Part shown: one piece after another, positions 57,327-64,000 of the stretch | Position numbering within the stretch: position 1 is the stretch's first letter | Layout of the letters: each line of letters begins with the position of its first letter | Origin: Thermoplasmata archaeon | Lineage (GTDB): Archaea > Thermoplasmatota > Thermoplasmata > RBG-16-68-12 > JAFNFQ01 | NCBI GenBank assembly: GCA_041489255.1 | Contig: JBGPQV010000008.1 | Coordinates: forward strand, 32,917 to 96,916 | Direction of reading: 5' to 3' | DNA: 64,000 nucleotides | Notes under the pieces: generated by a model | The model's input: only the letters and a program-made list of their open reading frames with translations | What the model was told of the DNA's origin: nothing | Databases searched by the model: none | Program-made: the position numbers and the translations under genes

Positions 57327-57791
57327 GTGATGAACTTGGCCGCACCTCCGCCGCCCCCATTCCAGCCCCCGGTCCAGCAGCAGCCGATGGGCCGGTCCCT
57401 TTCGACGGCCGCCCTGGCGGCGGTCGCCATCCTGGCGTTCTTCATAATCGGGCTGATCTACGTCTATATTTTCGTCTTCAGCGAGATGGACATCATATCC
57501 GCCTACTGGTGGTCCGGCTTCGTCGGGTTCATCTTCGCCTTCATATTCTACCTGGTCCACGCTGCTGTCGAGGAACCCGTGACGAGGATAATCAGCGGGA
57601 CTTTCTTCGCGCTCGGCGCGATGTTCTTCTACGCCGCGATCGGCTTCGGGAGCGGGGACCCCAACTCGAAGATCCTGTGGCTCATCGTGCTGTCGGTCAT
57701 AGTCCTGGTCGTCCTGCTGTTCGTCTGGAGGATGGCCGCGCAGGGAACGGCGGACGAGCAGAGGCGGGCGATGAGGAAGAGGACGCCTTAA
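57327..57791 (+). CDS. 4-TM membrane protein
   Basis: Four hydrophobic helices; translationally coupled to the SPFH gene. Confidence 0.82.
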   Translation: MMNLAAPPPPPFQPPVQQQPMGRSLSTAALAAVAILAFFIIGLIYVYIFVFSEMDIISAYWWSGFVGFIFAFIFYLVHAAVEEPVTRIISGTFFALGAMFFYAAIGFGSGDPNSKILWLIVLSVIVLVVLLFVWRMAAQGTADEQRRAMRKRTP

Positions 57792-57861
57792 TCATGGGCA
57801 TCGACGCTCAGAAGGTTTCGCTCTCAGCACAAGGAAGCTCGCCCTGCCGCGATGTCCATGG

Positions 57862-58011
57862 TCACTGCTTGAACTCGCTGAACTCCTCGTAGTCCCCCAT
57901 AATCGCGCCGCAGTTGGGGCACTCGTCCTCATCCCATTCCAGCTCGTATCCACATTCAGGACAGCGCGCCGTCTCGAACCACCCTGGAAACCTGATACTC
58001 TTCCCTCTCAT
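57862..58011 (-). CDS. 49-aa zinc-ribbon protein
   Basis: Manual translation MRGKSIRFPGWFETARCPECGYELEWDEDECPNCGAIMGDYEEFSEFKQ*. Confidence 0.7.
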   Translation of the reverse strand: MRGKSIRFPGWFETARCPECGYELEWDEDECPNCGAIMGDYEEFSEFKQ

Positions 58012-58039
58012 AAACCAGACGGTCTAATGAAGGGACGCG

Positions 58040-59719
58040 CTAGAATTCGCTCAGCTTCGTCTGCCCTTTCCTGTCGACGCGCTTGACCTCCGCGCTTTCC
58101 ACTTTCTCCCTCGCCTCCTGTCGCAGGTGCTCCATCACCTTCTCCGGCCGCGCGGTCACGAAGGTCTCGCCCGATGGCTCGCCGACGAATATCTTCTGCT
58201 TCAGCTCGCGCCTTAGCCTCTCGAGCTCCTGATGCATCCTCTTCTCCTTCCTCCTCGCGGAGTAATAGTAGATCTCGTCGCGAGTGTCCTTCGTGACGAG
58301 CACGACGACCCTCCCCGGCCTGCGCCGCCCTGTCCGTCCTCGCCTCTGGATCGTCCTGATCTCCGAGGGCACCGGCTCGTAGAAGACGACGAGGTCCGTC
58401 GAGGGGATGTCGAGGCCCTCCTCCGCCACCGATGTCGCGACGAGGACGTTGAACTCCCCCCTGCTGAACTTCTCAATGATCTCCACCTGCTCCTTCTGCT
58501 TCAGGCCCTTGTCCGCCCCCTTGGTCGCCTGGCCGACGAACCTGACGGGCTTCACCCCCGGTATCGTCGAGAGTTCCCTCGTGATGATCTCCGAGGTGTC
58601 GCGGTAGTGAGTGAAGACTATGATCCTGGAGTCCTGCTTCCTCATGAGCTGGTCTCTGACCACCCAGAGGATCCTGGCGATCTTCGTGTGCTCGACCTGT
58701 GTGCCGAGCGCCTTGGCCATCGCCTCCTTGACCCACCTGTTCTTGAGCATCTGCCTGTCAGCCCGCGACGCGCCCTCCGATCCGGCGTTCTTCTCCGCCC
58801 TTTCGAAGTAGTTCCTCACTGATTCGAGGCCCTGCGTCTCCGCGAGCTCGACCGCGTGGTCTATCTTCATCGCGAGTGCGACGGCGGTGGCGGCCCTGTA
58901 GAGGTGGAAGTTCTTCTCGTTCCCCTGGAGCCGCGCGTGGATCTGGTCGCCGAGCGTGAGGAGGTCCCTCCTCGTGACCATTTCCTCCTCCTTCAGGAAC
59001 CCGTGGGATTTGATGTCGGCGATACACTCCTCGAAGGCCTTCCTCAGTGGGCCCGCAACCTCCTTCCCTTCCGCGGTGACGTCGACTCGAAGCGGCTCGA
59101 TCGCAATGTCCTGGACGTACCTGACGACGTCCGGGTCGTACTCTGTCCTTATCTCGACAGCCTCGAACCCGAGGTTGCCGCACACCTCCAGTATCTTCTC
59201 CGAGCTGCTGCCAGGGGAGGCCGTGGTTCCCATCACGAGCCCGCCGCGCCTCGCCTTGTACGCCGCGGCGATGTCGACGTACGCGTAGTCGCCCACCGCC
59301 CTGTGCGCCTCGTCGAAGACGATGAGCGAAACCTCGTCGAGAGTGAACTTGCCAGCCCTGATGTCGTTCTTGATGACCTGCGGGGTCGAGCATATTATCT
59401 GGTTCTCCCGCCAGAGGAGTTCCCTCTCGTCCGGCGGCGTCGCCTCGCCGGTGAACATCGCGATCCTGTCGATCGAGAGTGCCCCCCTCAGAGAGGCCGT
59501 ATGCTGCTCGACGAGCGGCTTCGTCGGCGCGAGGAAAAGGACCTTCCCGCCGCGAGTCCTGAGGACCTCCGCGACCACCCTTATGGCGATCGCGGTCTTG
59601 CCCATGCCCGTCGGGAGCACGACCAGAGTCGACCTCTTCAGGCTCGACCTCGCGATCGCCGCCTGGTACTCCCTCTCCTCGATGACGTCCTTGCGTATCA
59701 GAGGGCTCTCGACAAACAC
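58040..59719 (-). CDS. Hef/FANCM-like DEAH helicase lacking the ERCC4 nuclease domain
   Basis: REYQ, LPTGMGKT, DEAHRAVG, TASPGS, TSVAEEGLDIP, QRRGRTGR. Confidence 0.93.
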   Translation of the reverse strand: MFVESPLIRKDVIEEREYQAAIARSSLKRSTLVVLPTGMGKTAIAIRVVAEVLRTRGGKVLFLAPTKPLVEQHTASLRGALSIDRIAMFTGEATPPDERELLWRENQIICSTPQVIKNDIRAGKFTLDEVSLIVFDEAHRAVGDYAYVDIAAAYKARRGGLVMGTTASPGSSSEKILEVCGNLGFEAVEIRTEYDPDVVRYVQDIAIEPLRVDVTAEGKEVAGPLRKAFEECIADIKSHGFLKEEEMVTRRDLLTLGDQIHARLQGNEKNFHLYRAATAVALAMKIDHAVELAETQGLESVRNYFERAEKNAGSEGASRADRQMLKNRWVKEAMAKALGTQVEHTKIARILWVVRDQLMRKQDSRIIVFTHYRDTSEIITRELSTIPGVKPVRFVGQATKGADKGLKQKEQVEIIEKFSRGEFNVLVATSVAEEGLDIPSTDLVVFYEPVPSEIRTIQRRGRTGRRRPGRVVVLVTKDTRDEIYYYSARRKEKRMHQELERLRRELKQKIFVGEPSGETFVTARPEKVMEHLRQEAREKVESAEVKRVDRKGQTKLSEF

Positions 59720-59751
59720 GAAGGTGTCAATGCTGGGGTGCTCGCTTTAAT

Positions 59752-62379
59752 CTATCGGATGCCCCTGCGTTTCTTCCTGTGGTTGATCATGATGGCGATG
59801 GCGATCAGCAGGATGAACACCACGACGATAAGGACGAAGTACTTGCTGAGCCGCGCGAGGCCGAGCGGGTCGTTGATCGTGACCTGAGCGTCGAACGAGT
59901 CCTTTGAAGAGTGCGTCGCGTTCGATCTGACGGTGAGCGAGAAGGTCTCGACGGTACCCCTCGGCGCGTCCCCTGGCGTCTGGACTATGAGAGTCGCGAC
60001 AGCCTCCCTGTCCGGCTTGAGCTTGATGATGACCGATTCAGGGATCTCCGGCGGGCTCGCGCTTGTGCTCAGCCCGACGATCCAGCTCGCCTCCGATGTC
60101 ACGACGAAGCTGAACTTGTCCTCGGAATCGCCGAGGTTGACGACCTTGAACAGGAACGAGGCCTTGTCCCCCGGCTCGACCGTCTGCTCCGTGACTATGG
60201 GGATGATGCCGACAGCCTTGCCGAACGGGTACGGCGAGACGAAGATGTCGTCGATCCACCACCCGCCTTCGACCGGCATGTGGCCCGCCGTGCACTCGAA
60301 CTTCACTCGCATCGTACCGGAGGTCGACGCGCTGGCCGTCAGGTTCGCGTAGAAGAATGTCCACTCCGCCTCGGTGTTGTTGAACCTCCCGCCGGGCACC
60401 TGGAACCAAGCGCCGCCGTTGAAAGACACGTTCACGTACGCGAAGTCTGTGTTGTTCGCCTTCGTGTCTCCGGTCACCGCGAGGGCGTAATGGTGGAAGA
60501 AGCTGAGGTAGAGCTGCCCGCCCTGGAACGCGATGTCGCCGGATTCCATGGTGTAGTGCGAAGAGATCGTGTTCAGGCCGCCGAAGTAGCCGAACCGCCA
60601 GCTGCTGTTGGGGCTCATCGCGTCTCCCGCGTACCCGCCGACGGTCACTATCCGCCACTGATGGAGCTCGCCCGCGGGCGATGCGGTCCACCCCTTGTTC
60701 CCCGCCTCGACGTCGTCGAAGAAGTAGGCGCTCATCGCGTTGAAGTGAGTCAGCTTGTAGTTGTTCTCGGGAAATTGGTCGCGGGCGAGGACCGCGCTTA
60801 CCTCGACGAAGAAGCGGCCTGTGGATGGCGGCGCGTAGGACCAAGTGAGATTGATGTATGTCTTCGCGACGACGCTGTAGGAGCGGGTGTTGCTGTAGAC
60901 GACGTGGGCCTGGTCGTGTGCTCCGCGGTAGATCGTCACGTTGACCGGGATGCCCGTCTGATCCCGTCCCCCGAGGTTCGCCACCTCGACCCCTATCCGG
61001 AGAGTCGAACCGACCACCACGCTCTTCGTGTTTGTCACATCGATGACCGCCACGTCGTCGTCGACGACCTTGGATATGTCCGCGGTCATGATCGCCCCTG
61101 CCGCGCTGATACTGAAGACCTTCCAGCCGGTCCTGACGTTCCCGTACCCGTTGCTGTTCGGGTTGGAGTCTGGGGTGAATCCGTCTGGGTTGTTCGTCCA
61201 CGGGTCCCCCGCGTCTGTCGGCGAATCCCCGCTCGCGCCGTCTTCCTCCTCGAGGTCGACCATCCTGTGCGCGTCGTTCGTGTTGTCGTGCTGGGACTCG
61301 TCTATGTGCCAGATGAGCAATCCCGCGCCGGGCATGTTTGAATCATAGCCGGTCTTCTCCCTGTTCTCCACGAGGAAGTATTCCGTGCCGCCTGATTCTT
61401 GGATGGGTAGCTTGTACACGACCTTGTCGGTCTCCGCCTGCAGTATGTCGACGCCGTACCTGGCGGTCGTCACCTCGACGACCTGGGCCCAGCCCAGCTT
61501 CGCCTTGCACCACGCGCCGATATGCGCGGGGTTCGTCCCCCTGCTCAGGGGAGGCCCGGCCCATGATCCCGTGGCCATAAGGTCCCAGATACCAGCGCCG
61601 GACCCGCCGGTGGCGGTGTTGTATAAATCCGGCAGCCCGAGGTCGTGACCGAACTCGTGCGCGATCACGCCTATGGGGGAGTTCTCCGAAACCATCGTGT
61701 AGCCGTATATCTGGACGCCGTCCACCATGAGGTTGGGGCTCACAACTGCCCACCTGTGCGACCAGATGTCGCTCAGGGTCCCGCTGTCCTCTTGGCCGTT
61801 TCCAGCATGGACGATGAGAAGGTGATCCACCACTCCATCCCCGTCGTGGTCGAAACTACTGAAATCGACGGAGGCATCGGCAAGATTGACGGTATCTGTA
61901 ACGAGGTCATAGATGGGCCCATTGTAGTCGTCGTACCCGGAAGTGCTGTCTGTCCCGTAATAGTCAACCGTGTGCACGCTCTGGAACCATGTGTTGCCCC
62001 CGACCGTAGCCATAACAGTGTACGCGCCATAGGAGACTTCGCTGTAGTAGCTCCTCAGGTTGCCGTGGGACATCCCGTTCATCAGCGCGTCCACGTAGGC
62101 GGGGGTGTGCGACGCCACGTGCGTCTTCCCAACGAACTCGACGAGCAGCACGACGATGTCGTTGGTCAGCGGTGCGCGTGTCCTCCCCGTGGATCCGAGC
62201 ATCGGCGGGTTCTGCCTGAAGGGCATCGTATCGTAGACCTCGGGATTGGGCTCCATGTAGTGGGGTCCAAGAGGTGCGTCTGTCGCAGGCTCCTGAGGGG
62301 CGCGCGCGTGGCTCGGAAGGAATGTGAGGAAGGAAAGTACCATCGAGATAACGAGCAACAGGGAGAGAGGTCGTCTCAT
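59752..62379 (-). CDS. M6 family metalloprotease (immune inhibitor A-like) with CARDB/Ig domains and TM anchor
   Basis: DIWSHRW, AHEFGHDLGLPDLY, WDLMATGSW, EYFLVENR, GLLIWHID. Confidence 0.93.
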   Translation of the reverse strand: MRRPLSLLLVISMVLSFLTFLPSHARAPQEPATDAPLGPHYMEPNPEVYDTMPFRQNPPMLGSTGRTRAPLTNDIVVLLVEFVGKTHVASHTPAYVDALMNGMSHGNLRSYYSEVSYGAYTVMATVGGNTWFQSVHTVDYYGTDSTSGYDDYNGPIYDLVTDTVNLADASVDFSSFDHDGDGVVDHLLIVHAGNGQEDSGTLSDIWSHRWAVVSPNLMVDGVQIYGYTMVSENSPIGVIAHEFGHDLGLPDLYNTATGGSGAGIWDLMATGSWAGPPLSRGTNPAHIGAWCKAKLGWAQVVEVTTARYGVDILQAETDKVVYKLPIQESGGTEYFLVENREKTGYDSNMPGAGLLIWHIDESQHDNTNDAHRMVDLEEEDGASGDSPTDAGDPWTNNPDGFTPDSNPNSNGYGNVRTGWKVFSISAAGAIMTADISKVVDDDVAVIDVTNTKSVVVGSTLRIGVEVANLGGRDQTGIPVNVTIYRGAHDQAHVVYSNTRSYSVVAKTYINLTWSYAPPSTGRFFVEVSAVLARDQFPENNYKLTHFNAMSAYFFDDVEAGNKGWTASPAGELHQWRIVTVGGYAGDAMSPNSSWRFGYFGGLNTISSHYTMESGDIAFQGGQLYLSFFHHYALAVTGDTKANNTDFAYVNVSFNGGAWFQVPGGRFNNTEAEWTFFYANLTASASTSGTMRVKFECTAGHMPVEGGWWIDDIFVSPYPFGKAVGIIPIVTEQTVEPGDKASFLFKVVNLGDSEDKFSFVVTSEASWIVGLSTSASPPEIPESVIIKLKPDREAVATLIVQTPGDAPRGTVETFSLTVRSNATHSSKDSFDAQVTINDPLGLARLSKYFVLIVVVFILLIAIAIMINHRKKRRGIR

Positions 62380-62479
62380 CGCGCTACCGACAGAGTCTAT
62401 CAGGCAGACCATATATAACTGTTGATTTGTGATTTCATTTGTCGAAAGGCATCTCGTGCGCATCGGTCATGCGTGCGCG

Positions 62480-63754
62480 TCAGAGCTTCGCCCTTTCGAA
62501 GGCTTCTCCGCCCTTGACCGGTTTGGTCGCGTCAATGCCGACCTTCGACGTCGTCTCCCCCGCGCTTGGGTCGAGAGAACTCCCTCTCGCGCCGTGCAGG
62601 ATCACGAGCCCCTTGTCCGCCTGGAACCTCGTCGCGACAGCCCACTCAACGTCCCTGTCGCTGTACACGTCGACATCCTCGTCGACGATTATCACTTGCT
62701 TCATCGAGGTGTGCGCGCCGAACGCCGCCATGATCGCGTTCTTCGAGTCGCCCTCGCTCTGCTTGCGGATCGAGACGACACCGTGCAGCCAAGAGCAGCC
62801 GCCCTCGGTCAGCCTGACTCCCGCAACGTGAGGCACCGCCCTCGATACCGCCTCGTGGATCAGTGGCTCGCGAGGCATGCCCATGAACATCATGTGCTCG
62901 TCCCCGCCGCTCAGCAGCGCATGGTACACCGCGTTATCGCGGCTGTAGATCCGCTCGATGACCACGACCGGCTCCTCCCTGACCTTGTCGTACGACCCGA
63001 TGATGTCGACGAACGGGCCTTCTTTTTGCTTCTCCGCGGTGAGACGCCCCTCGAGGACGTATTCGGCCTCGGCGGGGACGGTGAGCCCGCTGCGGATTTT
63101 GACCGCGGAGAGCTTTTCTCCAAGGCACTTCTCTTTCAGCGCGGCGGCGATTGTCATCTCATCCCTGCCGTACTCAACCGAGGTGCCGCCGGCGATCAGG
63201 TTCCAAGGGTCGAGTCCGATGCAGATCGCCACCTTCAGCTCCTGCCCGGCGTCGAGGGCGCTGCGATGCATGTGGTATAGATGGCGGGGAACGACACGCG
63301 CGACTCCCCTCTTGCCGTCGAGGATGAGGGTCCTGTGGAAAGAGAGGTTCCTCTTCCCCTCCCATTCCGCCACCCAGACGCCCGATGTGATATAGCGGCC
63401 CGCGTCACCTGGATAGTATTTCGGGACCGGCGATTCCCGCAGGTCGAAGTCCTCGCTCTGGTTCTTCAGGAAGCCCGCCTTGTCGGTGACCTCGAAATCC
63501 TTCGGATGGCGGATCGCGTCGAGGAGGCGCAGCACCAGGCCGCGCTTATCTGTCTTCATCGCGGCGGCGATCCTGTCTCGCGTGCTCCAGAGGTTGCCGA
63601 CGGCCTGGTACCCGTCCAGGTCCTTGAACCAGACAGGTTTGTGGAGATTCGCGAGCAGGTGTTTCGTGACCTCCAGCTCGCGACTCACTCGTTCCTTGAC
63701 CTCGACCGTTTCGTCTCTGAAGACCTCGAGCCAATCGTGGATTGGCATGAACAC
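62480..63754 (-). CDS. UbiD family decarboxylase
   Basis: DAGRYITSG, EGPFVD, VDEDVDV..VEWAVATRFQ, SSLDPS, KVGIDAT. Confidence 0.93.
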   Translation of the reverse strand: MFMPIHDWLEVFRDETVEVKERVSRELEVTKHLLANLHKPVWFKDLDGYQAVGNLWSTRDRIAAAMKTDKRGLVLRLLDAIRHPKDFEVTDKAGFLKNQSEDFDLRESPVPKYYPGDAGRYITSGVWVAEWEGKRNLSFHRTLILDGKRGVARVVPRHLYHMHRSALDAGQELKVAICIGLDPWNLIAGGTSVEYGRDEMTIAAALKEKCLGEKLSAVKIRSGLTVPAEAEYVLEGRLTAEKQKEGPFVDIIGSYDKVREEPVVVIERIYSRDNAVYHALLSGGDEHMMFMGMPREPLIHEAVSRAVPHVAGVRLTEGGCSWLHGVVSIRKQSEGDSKNAIMAAFGAHTSMKQVIIVDEDVDVYSDRDVEWAVATRFQADKGLVILHGARGSSLDPSAGETTSKVGIDATKPVKGGEAFERAKL

Positions 63755-64000
63755 ACCACGGGGGACAAAGGTCTCCTCGTATAAGCTACTCTCCGAGACT
63801 CCGATACCTCGCCGGGTATGGTTGTTGAGGATACATAGACTTGTCCACGCGTGAGGAGATCACGGTCGCGTCACCGCCATTGGGATGAGGACGTCTTCCA
63901 ACCCGAAGGCGTGGACGAACCGGAGGAACCACGAGGAATCCTCGGTGCCACCCTCCCTCTGGATCGGCGTCGCCTTCGTCCTCCGGTGGACGCACGCCTG

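Noticed and set aside
63786-64000. Partial gene or RNA at the window end
   Set aside because: All three minus-strand frames are open over part of the stretch and none is recognisable

Overview
GC-rich archaeal chromosome segment, most consistent with a Thermoplasmata-type euryarchaeon (inferred from gene content and order). Core genes: rpl44e-rps27e-eIF2a-nop10-PAC2, rps12-rps7-EF2-EF1a-rps10, dph6, tsr3, trm112, bud32-rdgB, XPD, Hef, rpiA, HPS-RraA, larB and ubiD. Four tRNAs: Val-GAC, Glu-UUC, Ala-UGC and a Pro-UGG with a non-canonical D-loop intron. Surface and signalling genes: a KaiC-like ATPase trio followed by three type IV pilins, three large membrane-anchored surface proteins, and an HtpX/SPFH/Zn-ribbon module. 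Three accessory regions stand out. (1) 1-5628: an island at the tRNA-Val 3' end with a type IIG restriction-modification gene and gene debris. (2) 15800-17050: a decayed VapBC pair plus an array of 21-bp palindromic repeats. (3) 47830-52980, upstream of rps12: five 20-bp palindromes in exact 90-bp phase flanking a 78-aa integrase-N-terminal-like gene, an 11-bp helically phased array, and LamG-linked hydrophobic cassettes with an immunity-like partner that resemble an archaeal polymorphic toxin locus. All calls are from reading the sequence; no database searches were run.
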